The notes: generated by a model from the sequence alone, not told the origin. A DNA stretch of 64,000 nucleotides from Candidatus Hermodarchaeum yapensis (GCA_016840405.1 JAEOSK010000008.1:28119-92118); one strand, 5' to 3'. Counted from the stretch's first letter, positions 40,260 to 50,743 are shown. Program-made: numbers and translations.

Positions 40260-42662
40260 CTAGTTTGCCTCAGGAGGACGATTATGTTCCCGCATGATAT
40301 TGGCCATTTCTCGTAATCGTTTATCAACCAGACCAAATATTGTGTCTTCAGGGAAGGAACTATCTGCCCGTCGTTTGCCAGCGGGAACACCAGTTAACAA
40401 TTCTATTCCTTCTTCAATTGTTTCAACAGAATAGATATTGAATTTCCCAGCCTCCACAGCTTCGATCACTTCATCTTTGAGCATTAGGTTCTGTATATTA
40501 GATTTCGGTACTAGCACACCCTGTTCACCGGTTAGTCCCATTTCTTTGCAAACGGCAAAGTAACCCTCAATTTTCTGGTTCACTCCGCCAATTGCCTGTA
40601 CATGACCGTGTTGATTGACTGAACCCGTGACAGCAAATCGTTGTTGGATTGGAACTCCGGATAAGACGGAGAGCATGGCGTACAATTCAGTGCTACTCGC
40701 ACTATCGCCATCAACCCCACCGTAACTCTGCTCAAACGTGATCCGCGCAGACAAACTCAATGGTTTGTCTTGTCCAAAGGTTTCATGCAAGTAGCCAGTG
40801 AGAATCTGAACGCCTTTGATTTGGATAGGTCCACTAAGTTGGGCTTCACGTTCAATATCGATTACTTGACCGCGACCTGGGGCAACCGTGGCGGTGATGC
40901 GTGATGGTTGTCCGAAGGTAAAATCGCCAAGAGAGAGGACGGAAAGTCCGTTAATTTGTCCGACGGCTTCACCTTTGGTATCTATGAGGACCACGCCTTT
41001 CTTGATATATTCTCGGACTTTTTCTGCATACAGGCTGGATCGATAGTAGCGCTCATCGATGGTTTTCTTAATATGGAATAACCCGACCGCCTTCTTACGT
41101 TGCTTTTTCGCGTAAAAGTTTGCTTCGCGGATAATGTCAGAAACCACGTCGAATCTCGTGGAGAGTTTATTTTGGTCTGAAGCAAGACGAGAGCTGAAAT
41201 CAACGACTTCCGAAATCGCTTCGGCGGTTAGGGGAAGAAGATTCTCTTTCTCTGTGAGCGTGCAAACGAAATCGCCATAAATCGTGACAGCATTTTCATC
41301 ACGATCCATTGAGGTATCGAAATCGGCTTTCACTTTGAAGAGCTCCCGAAAATCAGGGTCCAACTGGTACAGTTGTTGGTACCAGAGAGGTTCACCGATA
41401 AGGATTACCTTCACCTTCAAAGGAATCGGATCAGGATGCAACGTTTTCACAGAAAGGAAGCCCAAAGCCGCAATCGGTTCCTCGATGACAATTTGATCGT
41501 TTTGAAGCGCCCGTTTCAAAGCCTGATAGGAGAGAGGAGCTATCAACATTTCACGTACTGGAATAACGATGAATCCACCATTTGCTAAATGCATGGCTCC
41601 CGCGCGAATCATGGTTGTATCAGTTACTAAGGCTCCAAACCGTGGTTCTTTTTCAATCCGTCCAAAAAGTCGATCATATGCAGCATTGGTGATGGTGATA
41701 ATGGGTGCACCCTCGGTTTCCGAATTGTCCACAATTAAGTTGACCATATATCGCTTCGCAAAGTCTTCAGGTGAAGGCACACGGGCAGCCAACAACGGCG
41801 GGAGTCCTTCGGGTTGCCGACCAATGAACTCATTCATGTTTTTAATCAGATCAGTGGCGAGTTCATCTATCCATTCAACTGCTTTTTCATTTCCTGCAAA
41901 GTCCTCTTCAATCTCAGAAATTAAGGGTTCAAGTGTGAATTGGACGGCATTTTCTTCCATCTGTTTTAGTTGATCACGTAGTTCCCTCTCAAGATTCCTT
42001 AACTTTCGAAATGTTGCACGTAATTCTGTTTCGAGTGCATTCCTGCGTGTTTCAATTTCTTTTCGCACAGCAGGTTTCAGTTTAGGAATCTGGTCAGGGG
42101 TAATGGGTTTTCCTCGGATAACTGGCACCATTAACAAACCAGTCTGGGTTCCTTGTAGGACAAATCCTGCTTCTTGCGCTTTACCCCGCATTTCCTCAGT
42201 AAGCTTGTCCCGTTGTGCTTCAAAGGACCGACTTAGCTCTTCCCGTTGTTGCGCGTACTCCTCGCTTTCCAACATCCGTTGAATGGATGTTCGGGCAACC
42301 TCAACAAATTGGTCAATTTTTGTGACAAAGAGTTTCCCTTTTCCTGCTGCAAATTCTAGAGCCTTCGGCTTGAATTGATTGGCAAAGTTTGTTACATAAC
42401 ACCAATCAGAAGGAACTTCCTTAATGGTCGCGGCAAGTTCTTCGAGGTATCGATTAGTAGCAGTATGACGCCCTGTTCCAGGTGAACCAGCTACATACAC
42501 GTTGAATCCCTTATCTGGGATTTCTAACCCAAATTTTAAGGCATTCAAAGCCCGAGGTTGTCCCACCACACCTTCTAAAGGAGACAAGTCGGCACTAGTT
42601 TCACAGGAGAACTCCTTTTTTTCACATCGTGCACGAAGTTGTTTCGAGGTTAATTTCGGCAT
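40260..42662 (-). CDS. Soluble Lon-family protease (LonC-like)
   Basis: GQPRA, atypical Walker A GTGRHT, long coiled coil, GDSAS catalytic Ser, KIEG Lys. Confidence 0.9.
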   Translation of the reverse strand: MPKLTSKQLRARCEKKEFSCETSADLSPLEGVVGQPRALNALKFGLEIPDKGFNVYVAGSPGTGRHTATNRYLEELAATIKEVPSDWCYVTNFANQFKPKALEFAAGKGKLFVTKIDQFVEVARTSIQRMLESEEYAQQREELSRSFEAQRDKLTEEMRGKAQEAGFVLQGTQTGLLMVPVIRGKPITPDQIPKLKPAVRKEIETRRNALETELRATFRKLRNLERELRDQLKQMEENAVQFTLEPLISEIEEDFAGNEKAVEWIDELATDLIKNMNEFIGRQPEGLPPLLAARVPSPEDFAKRYMVNLIVDNSETEGAPIITITNAAYDRLFGRIEKEPRFGALVTDTTMIRAGAMHLANGGFIVIPVREMLIAPLSYQALKRALQNDQIVIEEPIAALGFLSVKTLHPDPIPLKVKVILIGEPLWYQQLYQLDPDFRELFKVKADFDTSMDRDENAVTIYGDFVCTLTEKENLLPLTAEAISEVVDFSSRLASDQNKLSTRFDVVSDIIREANFYAKKQRKKAVGLFHIKKTIDERYYRSSLYAEKVREYIKKGVVLIDTKGEAVGQINGLSVLSLGDFTFGQPSRITATVAPGRGQVIDIEREAQLSGPIQIKGVQILTGYLHETFGQDKPLSLSARITFEQSYGGVDGDSASSTELYAMLSVLSGVPIQQRFAVTGSVNQHGHVQAIGGVNQKIEGYFAVCKEMGLTGEQGVLVPKSNIQNLMLKDEVIEAVEAGKFNIYSVETIEEGIELLTGVPAGKRRADSSFPEDTIFGLVDKRLREMANIMREHNRPPEAN

Positions 42663-42843
42663 CTGAAATCCTCCCTAAGGATTGGAAAATCATTGGGAGC
42701 ACTCCTATTTAAGACCGTTGAGATTTTCTGAAACCCACGCCTCACTAATGGCATCAAAAATTTTTGTGACTAGAAAAACGTAAGAGAATAAAAAAAGGAC
42801 AGCAACTATCGTTCTTTTTAATTAAAACTTGGAGGAGTAAATA

Positions 42844-43530
42844 ATGGCTCCTGAAGATGCCGAAAAGTACCGCTTCAACATCTTTGACATTACGAAAGTC
42901 TGGCCCCACGGTGACTATCCTCTCAACCCTCTGGGTCGAATGGTCCTTAATCGCAACCCCACCAATTACTTCGCCGACGTCGAACAATCAGCATTCTGCC
43001 CGGGTAACTTTGTACCTGGCATCGCCGCATCACCTGACAAGATGCTGCAAGGACGCCTATTCTCATACCATGACGCACACCGATACCGACTCGGAGCTAA
43101 CTATGAGCAACTCCCCGTCAACGCACCCCGGCATCCAACCCACACCTATCAACGGGATGGATTCATGCGACATGAAGAATCCAGTGGTCACCCCAACTAC
43201 TGGCCAAACAGTATGGGCGGACCTGAACCTGACCCAACCGTAGCAGACCCACAATTCGAAGTGTCTGGAAAAGCCGGACGCCACGCCTATAGTCATCCCA
43301 ATGATGACTTCATCCAACCTCGCGCCCTCTACGAGAAGGTGATGACTGACACTGACCGTGATCATCTTATCGGTAATATCGTCGACCACCTTGGAAACGC
43401 CAAAAAGGCAATTCAACTCCGTCAAACCGCCATCTTCTACCGTGTCCATCCAGAATACGGAACTCGAGTCGCCAAAGGCTTAGGACTTGATATCGCTGAA
43501 GTTAAACGGTTGGCAAAACAGTACACATAA
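42844..43530 (+). pseudogene. katA: C-terminal half of a monofunctional heme catalase
   Basis: FDITKVWPH, NYFADVEQ.AF, DKMLQGRLFSYHDAHRYRLG (proximal Tyr). The N-terminal distal-His half is absent. Confidence 0.8.
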
Positions 43531-43630
43531 CAACGAGTTAACGCCGTTAAAGGTTGATAAAACCAAAATCTCTTAAGGAAGAATAGGGCATGAATGACTA
43601 CTCTGAAAGCTTTCAGGTAGTTGACTCACT

Positions 43631-44836
43631 ATGGCTAAACCACCTACAACTCTGACCATCCCCATTGGTCCCCAACACCCTGCGCTCAAAGAGCCGGAAA
43701 ACTTCAGCATTACTCTTGATGGTGAAATCGTCGTCGACGTCGACGCCCGGATTGGTTACGTTCACCGTGGCATTGAAAAAGCCTTTGAGAGTCGAAGTTA
43801 TAGCCAAAACGTATACCTTGCTGAACGCATATGCGGCATCTGCTCCCAATCCCACACAACATGCTATGTACAAGCTGTTGAAGAGATTCTGGATTTGGAT
43901 GTGCCACCCCGTGGCTTATACATCAGAGGTATCATGAATGAACTAAACCGGATTCATAGCCACATCCTCTGGCTAGGTGTGGCAGGTCACGAGATTGGTT
44001 GGGATACGCTATTCCATTATTCATGGCGGGACCGCGAACTTTGCATGGATATTATCGAAGAAATTTGTGGGAATCGAGTCAACTACGCCAACAATGTCAT
44101 TGGAGGCGTCCGCCAAGACGTGGAAAAAAGCCAAGTTCCAAGTATGGTACAACGCTTAGAGAAAATCCGCGAACGAATGAATCACTACTTGACTTTGATT
44201 TTAAATGACCAAGCCATTCTTGACCGAGCACTCGGTGTCGGTATCCTCGAAACCGAAATCGGAAGAGCCTTATGTACCACTGGTCCCACCGCCCGAGCCT
44301 CCGACATCAAATGGGACGTCCGAGAAACTCAGCCTCGCACACCCTATAAAGAAAGTTTCAATAAGCACTGGGAGGTCCGCACCTCCGACCTCTGCGACGT
44401 AGCAGGTCGCGTTGTCGTACGCATTCTCGAAGTTGTCGACGCCTGCAACTGTTGCATCGACTGGCTCAAACACCTCCCCGCCGGCGACATCGCTGTCCGC
44501 GCTCCCCGCCGCGTCCCACCAGGCCACGCCCTCAGCACCTTCGAAGCCCCCCGCGGCGAAGTCCTCCACTACGTCGTCAGCAACGGCACCGACAAACCCG
44601 AACGCCACAAAGCCCGCGCCCCCACCCTCGGCAACATCCCCGGCGTCATCGAAATCCTCAAAGGCGGACGAATAGCCGACATCCCCATCGCCCTCGCATC
44701 GATAGACCCTTGCTTCTCATGCACTGATAGAATAATCTTAGTTGATGAGAAAGGTAATAATGAAGTAAAGCCCTGGTCTTGGTTCCAAAAAGTCAGTCGC
44801 GAGACGCGGGAGAAAGAGAAGAGTTGGCGACGTTAG
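43631..44836 (+). CDS. Group 4 (energy-converting) [NiFe]-hydrogenase large subunit
   Basis: GPQHP, HRGIEK, L1 ERICGICS, EAPRGE, L2 DPCFSCTDR. Confidence 0.95.
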   Translation: MAKPPTTLTIPIGPQHPALKEPENFSITLDGEIVVDVDARIGYVHRGIEKAFESRSYSQNVYLAERICGICSQSHTTCYVQAVEEILDLDVPPRGLYIRGIMNELNRIHSHILWLGVAGHEIGWDTLFHYSWRDRELCMDIIEEICGNRVNYANNVIGGVRQDVEKSQVPSMVQRLEKIRERMNHYLTLILNDQAILDRALGVGILETEIGRALCTTGPTARASDIKWDVRETQPRTPYKESFNKHWEVRTSDLCDVAGRVVVRILEVVDACNCCIDWLKHLPAGDIAVRAPRRVPPGHALSTFEAPRGEVLHYVVSNGTDKPERHKARAPTLGNIPGVIEILKGGRIADIPIALASIDPCFSCTDRIILVDEKGNNEVKPWSWFQKVSRETREKEKSWRR

Positions 44837-44928
44837 TCAACTAAGTAGTCAAATAAGTCCAAAAGTATCCAGTATTCTGTCTCTGATAGTGCATATTGTC
44901 ATTGCAATTACTATGACTCACTCTAATT

Positions 44929-47031
44929 CTATTGACTTAACCATTCTTGTACAGCAGCTTGTTTTTCTCCAGAAGAAGGTGGTGCGATATCAGCCCAGAA
45001 CCGAGTATCATTGTTTGAATCGATGTAGATTTCCCAGACAGCTGATACTCGTTCTGTTTCATATAAATGAATTTCTTTGAAAATATCCTGTATACTTATG
45101 CCAAGACTCTGAATTAGTTCTTGTTCGTCTTTGAGCAGTTGACAAGGATTACTATTGATAGTTTCGATCAATTCTTCCGCTAGTTTTTGATCTTGTTTTG
45201 TATTGGCTTCTGTTTTCAGTTGATCTAGACGTCCTTTTGTAAGTGTAATCTGTCTTCTGGGTTTATCGTCCCGAATAGTTTGGTATTGGCTTTCTCCATA
45301 TCGATAGATGAAATCCTTTTGTGTGTCTGTTATTTTTGGTTTGAAGCCGTATATTTCTGATTTAAGTCCTGCATCAAGAATCGTTGTGCGTTTAATTCCG
45401 AATTTCATTTGACCGTTTCTATTGACGAAGAAGCCGTCTTCGGGGATGACTTCAGCGATGTAGGCGCGTTTGACTTCGAGTGTTCCGTTGCGGATGGTTT
45501 TGGGTAGACGGAGGTTGGGATGAAGGTGTTTGTCACCTTGAGGTACACCCCAATTTTCGAGGAGGCGTCCGACGGGTGCAGAGACAGTTAGGCGGTAGCG
45601 TCCTCCTTGTAGTTGTTCGAGTTGGTAAGTGCAATCGCCGAGTTGGTGGAAGAGGTTTTGTCCGTAGACCATTCTGTCGAGGTCGTTTTTGTGGTAGGTG
45701 AGGATATGGGTATTTTTATTAATGTGGCAGTCGCTGATTGCAAGGGCTACGAGGCGGGCGCGGAGGTCGTTGAGTTGTTTGCCTTCAGGGAACCGTGGGT
45801 TTTGGATGCCGCCGCCTTTTTCAGGGTTGGCGATGCGTCCGATTTGGGTGATGTAGGGTTTGATGGTGGTGAAGGGTTGATGGGTGGTGTCGATGAGGAG
45901 GTGGAGGGTGTCGCCGTAGAGGTATTTGCTGTATTTGGTGGACCAGAGTTCGTAGGGAATGTTGCAGGTTTTTTCTAGATTTTCACGTGGGTGTTCGGTG
46001 AGTTGGTTGATGAGTTGTCCGAGTTGGGTTTTATTGACGTTGAGGCGGCGCTGGGCAGAGATGACGAGATTTTCTTTGACATCGGGTTTGAGATAGAGAA
46101 GTTCGCCTTTAAGGGCGTTGGGCCAGTAATCAGGGTCCTTGGTTTTTCGCCACAGGTAGAGGGTGTTATTTTCGACTGCGAGGCGGAGTTCTTCTTGGGT
46201 TGCTTCGAGGTTGAGCCGTTGATTTAGGAGATCTGTGATCTGGTTTTGGTGGTCTGTGATGGTATGAGCTATAGTGCAGAGTTCTTGGGGTCCCATTCGG
46301 TGGTAGGGTTTAAGTTCGGCGATGGTAAGGCGTTGGGTTGAGCCGTGGTGGTAAAGGGTTTCGATGGCGGATGCGAGGTTTTCTGTGGTTTGGTGGTTGG
46401 GGTGGTCGAGGAGGGATTTGAGGGTGTTGTAGACGAAGGAGGGGTCGAGGATGTGGTTTTTGGCTTCGTGGGGGAGTTGGGTTTCCCAGTGTTGGCGGGT
46501 GGCTTCATGGATGTTTAGGGTGCGTTCGAGGTGGGGGGTCTTTTCGCCGAGGGTCCAGTCGCGGATGCATCCCCAGGGGATGTTGGTGATATCCTCGAGG
46601 TCTTTGTAGGTGTAGTTGGTGAGAGTGTTGTCGTCTCGGGCTGCATTGAGGGTGCGGTGCCAGAGGGCATAAGTGTAGGCTTGGTTGAAGGTGTTGCGGG
46701 CTTGGAGGTAGGGGTGGCGGCGGAGGTCGTGTTCGAGGGATTCCCAGGCGGGTTTGCCGTAGGTGTCGAGGAGGTCGGCGGCTTCAGGGGTGTGGGCGAG
46801 GTCGTTGCGGAGGGTGTCCCAGTCTTTGATCGGTGTTCCACTGTCGTATTCTGATTCGTTGGGTTTGGATTTGTTAATGATGGAGCAGGGTGATGTTTTG
46901 TCAGTGTCCTGATTGGGATCTTCCCTGTGTGGTTTGTGGTCGGTGAGCATAAGTGGTTCAATGGGTATATTCTCAGTGGGGGCTTTATGCTCCTCAATTG
47001 TGGGGGGATATTCGTTGGGTGGAGGTTCCAA
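44929..47031 (-). CDS. Large HTH + double LAGLIDADG-like protein (likely TTG start at 47031)
   Basis: LVALAISDCHI and YIAEVIPEDGFF motifs about 100 aa apart, with a WGVPQGDK...LP linker; HTH YKDLEDITNIPWGCIRDW. Confidence 0.65.
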   Translation of the reverse strand: MEPPPNEYPPTIEEHKAPTENIPIEPLMLTDHKPHREDPNQDTDKTSPCSIINKSKPNESEYDSGTPIKDWDTLRNDLAHTPEAADLLDTYGKPAWESLEHDLRRHPYLQARNTFNQAYTYALWHRTLNAARDDNTLTNYTYKDLEDITNIPWGCIRDWTLGEKTPHLERTLNIHEATRQHWETQLPHEAKNHILDPSFVYNTLKSLLDHPNHQTTENLASAIETLYHHGSTQRLTIAELKPYHRMGPQELCTIAHTITDHQNQITDLLNQRLNLEATQEELRLAVENNTLYLWRKTKDPDYWPNALKGELLYLKPDVKENLVISAQRRLNVNKTQLGQLINQLTEHPRENLEKTCNIPYELWSTKYSKYLYGDTLHLLIDTTHQPFTTIKPYITQIGRIANPEKGGGIQNPRFPEGKQLNDLRARLVALAISDCHINKNTHILTYHKNDLDRMVYGQNLFHQLGDCTYQLEQLQGGRYRLTVSAPVGRLLENWGVPQGDKHLHPNLRLPKTIRNGTLEVKRAYIAEVIPEDGFFVNRNGQMKFGIKRTTILDAGLKSEIYGFKPKITDTQKDFIYRYGESQYQTIRDDKPRRQITLTKGRLDQLKTEANTKQDQKLAEELIETINSNPCQLLKDEQELIQSLGISIQDIFKEIHLYETERVSAVWEIYIDSNNDTRFWADIAPPSSGEKQAAVQEWLSQ

Positions 47032-47033
47032 TT

Positions 47034-47540
47034 TCAAGATTTGAAATTCCACCAATAGAGCTGAAGTAAGAGCCCTATAATGATGAGGATGATTCCAAAT
47101 CCAATGATAATGGTAGTTGTATGAATGTAAATTAGGATCCCACCAGGATCTGAGAAGGGAGACAAGGTGAGTGTGATGAAGCCATAGCCTGCAGAGAGGA
47201 TACCCATGAGTATGAGGGTGATAGGGATCAAAGGTTTCCAACGTGTTTCAGCTGTCATTTCATACCAGATGCTCCCTAGGATGCTGAGGCTGATGATTGT
47301 GTTGATAACAGTTTGAATCTGAATGAAGGTGCTGGAGCCTCCGCGATAGGTGAGGAGGGAGAGGATAAAGAAAAGTGCGTAGCTGCTGAACCAGTATCCT
47401 ATGATGCGTATTCCAAGTCGTAGAAGAGAACCCTTCTTTGTCCTTAAACTCCGGATTACTTCTATAACGATTATGAAGACCACTGAGAGCAGGATGAAAA
47501 TCAAAGGATATAATGGCCCCAGGAGCAGTATCGAATTCAT
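47034..47540 (-). CDS. Hypothetical multi-TM membrane protein
   Basis: About five hydrophobic helices. Confidence 0.65.
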   Translation of the reverse strand: MNSILLLGPLYPLIFILLSVVFIIVIEVIRSLRTKKGSLLRLGIRIIGYWFSSYALFFILSLLTYRGGSSTFIQIQTVINTIISLSILGSIWYEMTAETRWKPLIPITLILMGILSAGYGFITLTLSPFSDPGGILIYIHTTTIIIGFGIILIIIGLLLQLYWWNFKS

Positions 47541-47594
47541 ATTTTTTCCCTATTATTTTCTGATCCATATTTGTACAGTGTCTTATTTCTCCTA

Positions 47595-48071
47595 TTAGCG
47601 ACCGGGTATCATGACTTCTGCGGGAATTGAAACGTCAGGTGCATTCCACATTCGAAGGCGGAAGCCGATGATGAATTGGACGAGTATGGAGATGAGGGTC
47701 AGCAGGAATATTAAGTAGATTGAACCGAATGCCAGGGTGAAGGGCAGGCTGATTATTGCGAGAACGATGAGAATGGTTCCGCTTTTTTTCGTCCGGTGGG
47801 TGAGGTTTTGTTGGTTGATTTTGGTTTTCACTGTTTTGATTTGGTAGTTAAATTGCCGGTAGCCCAAGCCTATGAGGATCCATCCTATTGGGAAGATAAT
47901 TAAGAAGAGATTGAAATATCCGATGAATATGATGTGTAAGTTCCATCCCAACACCGTTTGCATAAAGTATAGCATAGGCAAGACAAACAGCATCATAGCT
48001 CCAGCGGAAATCAGGTGGCCAGCCCGGATCATGGGGTTGGGTGGATTTGCTGAATTATCTTTGATATTCAC
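47595..48071 (-). CDS. Hypothetical four-TM membrane protein
   Basis: Hydrophobic helices. Confidence 0.65.
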   Translation of the reverse strand: MNIKDNSANPPNPMIRAGHLISAGAMMLFVLPMLYFMQTVLGWNLHIIFIGYFNLFLIIFPIGWILIGLGYRQFNYQIKTVKTKINQQNLTHRTKKSGTILIVLAIISLPFTLAFGSIYLIFLLTLISILVQFIIGFRLRMWNAPDVSIPAEVMIPGR

Positions 48072-48268
48072 CTCACACTCCCTCGATTAAAGCTAATCGT
48101 TGGCGTTCTAAATATCTTGTGAAAATGGCGAAAAATCTGCCGACAGGATGCAAGTTGATCAGCATTTGAAAATCAAAAGAGCCTAAGTCCCAATTAGATT
48201 ATATATCAAATAGTCCTTTCATCTACTGACGGGGGGCGTAAGGAGTCTTGGATGGTGCAAAGGATTAG

Positions 48269-48655
48269 GTGTTCATTGCTGTTGTTCTTGTGATTTTAGG
48301 GTATATCTTGCCAATGCTCTATATCACACTGTTTCCAGTAGTTACAATTCATTGGATAGATTCACTTCTCTTCACTTTTTTAAAAACGCCAAGCATTGGA
48401 TCTGTCAGCTTTGTTTGGTTGCTGCTACCCCTACCTCTCATTTTGGCCATTATTGGCTGGGCTGGCTTCTCCTATCGACCTCGCCTTGCGTTTCTCAGAA
48501 TCGGCTTTTATCCCACGAGCCTTCTCGCTATTCTCCTTCTCATATTCTTAGTCTATATTGCAACATTTCGTATAATCATAATTCCCATTAACGGAATCGC
48601 TTTCACCTGTGCAGCTCTGGCAGCACATCAAGCCAGAAAAAGACTCCCAAAATGA
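48269..48655 (+). CDS. Hypothetical four-TM membrane protein
   Basis: Hydrophobic helices, basic C-terminus. Confidence 0.6.
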   Translation: MFIAVVLVILGYILPMLYITLFPVVTIHWIDSLLFTFLKTPSIGSVSFVWLLLPLPLILAIIGWAGFSYRPRLAFLRIGFYPTSLLAILLLIFLVYIATFRIIIIPINGIAFTCAALAAHQARKRLPK

Positions 48656-48844
48656 AAAGCCGTTTTTCTCTTCGCCAAGGAAGCGCTTCGCAATCAACTT
48701 GCTTTAGCCCGTGACGCGGAAGGTACCGATGAAGCCAGATGTGCCTAAACCCAATAGTAGGAGCAAATTACTAAGTAGTTAGAGTTAGTGCTAGTAATTG
48801 CGATAAGCAATTAGTGGTTTGTCACACTTAATTAGTCGGTTGAA

Positions 48845-49246
48845 ATGAAGAAAGCTGGAGAAGTAAAGGACGAAGAATGGAAGAGGAAACTGTCAGAAGA
48901 AGAGTATCGTGTGTTGCGCGAGAAGGGAACCGAACGTCCCTTCACGGGAAAATATTGGAAACATAAAGAGAAGGGTAACTACAAGTGTGCTGGGTGTGGT
49001 GTGGACCTTTTTTCTTCTGATACGAAATTTGATTCGGGTTGCGGTTGGCCGAGTTTTTATGCTGCTCTGGATAAGGACAAAATTGAGGAGAAACTGGATC
49101 TTTCGCATGGGATGCGGCGAATAGAAGTCCTTTGTAAGAATTGTGGGGGACATCTTGGGCATGTGTTTGATGATGGACCTCGAGATAAGACGGGGTTACG
49201 CTACTGTATTAATTCCGTCTCACTAAATTTTGTAAAAGGCCTGTGA
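48845..49246 (+). CDS. msrB: Peptide-methionine (R)-S-oxide reductase
   Basis: [32 protein letters not shown]. Confidence 0.97.
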   Translation: MKKAGEVKDEEWKRKLSEEEYRVLREKGTERPFTGKYWKHKEKGNYKCAGCGVDLFSSDTKFDSGCGWPSFYAALDKDKIEEKLDLSHGMRRIEVLCKNCGGHLGHVFDDGPRDKTGLRYCINSVSLNFVKGL

Positions 49247-49294
49247 TGTATTGTATACATAATACTAATTTGAAATTCCGCCAATGTACTCTGT

Positions 49295-50650
49295 ATGTCG
49301 AAAAAGTACATGTATGGTTTTATCAACACCCAGGGTAAAATTGCAATTGGAGCGCGATTTGACGATGCTAAGGATTTTCATAATGGACTAGCGGCTGTTA
49401 AGCTTGGCGAGAAGTGGGGGTATATTGATAAAACCGGACAATTTGTTACTGAAAAAGTATTTGATTGGGTCCCTGAGAAACTAGATGAAGATCTTAATTG
49501 CGTGCAGATAGGAACGAAATGGGGGTATGTCAACAAAACGGGAAATGTAGTTATCCAACCCCAATTTGATAAAGCATTTCCATTCAGTGAAGGATTAGCA
49601 GCAGTATATTTTGATGACGGATGGGGATATATCAACACTACTGGGAAATTCCATATTTGGGGCTTTAATGCGCCGAAATTTCCTGCTGGAACAGGAATGG
49701 AATTCAATAGGTTTCGAGTGAAGGGGTTGGGTAAGTTTTCTGAAGAATGGGCGACCATTGAAGCATGGATGCAAGTAGTTCAAGAGGACAAAATCTTGTA
49801 TTCAGGTCAATTTATGGGGTACATCGACAAGAGGGGTGATTACGTTTTCCCTCCATTGTACAAAGAAGCTTTACCCATTCACAAGGATTTGATTGTAGTA
49901 AAAACAGCTAGAGAAGATCAAAAGGAGAGGTTTTGCATTTTTAATAGAAATGTTCTATCCAAGGGTTCAAGTGAAATGCCATATCGAATTCCACCGATTT
50001 TTGAAAAGGTCTATAGGCCTGTGGAAGATTTTTTCAAAGTTACTGTTACCAAACAAGAATTAGAGATTGACATTGATCTTGAAAACAATGTGAGAGTTAA
50101 TCTTGAAAACAATGCGTTCCATAGAAGCATTAACTCATCAGATATTTGCTTTTCAATATATCTATCCGCAATAGGTCGATTTAGAAATCCAACGAAATTC
50201 CCCTATGTTCGTGTTAATAGAGGACATGAACCACTCTACAACTTTATTGATGATTCGGGGAAACTAGTGTCACATTTATGGTTCGAAAGCGCATTTGAAT
50301 TCTCAGAAGGTTTAGCTGTTGTAAAAGCTAATGGTAAATGGGGAGCTATAGATAAAACGGGAGATTTTGTTATCAAACCACAACACGAATTTCTATCTAG
50401 TTTTCATCAGAATCGAGCAGCCTTTCTAAAAGATGGCAAAATGGGTTTTATTGATAAATCTGGTGCTGTTGTTATCCTCCCAACATATCTGAAGGTCGAC
50501 AATTTCAGTGATGGACTTGCATCGGTTGCATTGGGAAATGGATTTTTTGGTTATATTGATCTCAATGGGGAGATGGTTATAAAACCCGAAGTTTGGCTCG
50601 GATACTTTGCCTTTCACGATGGCATGGCAAAATATTGTAGGTTAGAATGA
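49295..50650 (+). CDS. WG-repeat (KWG) protein
   Basis: Repeated F.EGLA.V...KWGYIDK.G units. Confidence 0.92.
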   Translation: MSKKYMYGFINTQGKIAIGARFDDAKDFHNGLAAVKLGEKWGYIDKTGQFVTEKVFDWVPEKLDEDLNCVQIGTKWGYVNKTGNVVIQPQFDKAFPFSEGLAAVYFDDGWGYINTTGKFHIWGFNAPKFPAGTGMEFNRFRVKGLGKFSEEWATIEAWMQVVQEDKILYSGQFMGYIDKRGDYVFPPLYKEALPIHKDLIVVKTAREDQKERFCIFNRNVLSKGSSEMPYRIPPIFEKVYRPVEDFFKVTVTKQELEIDIDLENNVRVNLENNAFHRSINSSDICFSIYLSAIGRFRNPTKFPYVRVNRGHEPLYNFIDDSGKLVSHLWFESAFEFSEGLAVVKANGKWGAIDKTGDFVIKPQHEFLSSFHQNRAAFLKDGKMGFIDKSGAVVILPTYLKVDNFSDGLASVALGNGFFGYIDLNGEMVIKPEVWLGYFAFHDGMAKYCRLE

Positions 50651-50743
50651 AAAATCAATTTATCCAGATGTCATTGTCATTCACATGCTCTTATACTCCT
50701 GTATTTGCTTCAGTGCGTTATTTCATCTCGAATCGATTTGATT

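Noticed and set aside
44205-46997. Many Pro/Thr/Ser-rich or Gly/Val-rich overlapping ORFs
   Set aside because: By-products of extreme strand skew depleting stop codons in alternative frames.
47032-47241. His-rich N-terminal extension of the 770-aa ORF
   Set aside because: It overlaps the membrane gene 47034-47540 in another frame; TTG at 47031 right after that stop is the likelier start.
50076-50114. Direct repeat ATCTTGAAAACAATG x2
   Set aside because: A short in-frame duplication (LENN) inside the WG protein; not an array.
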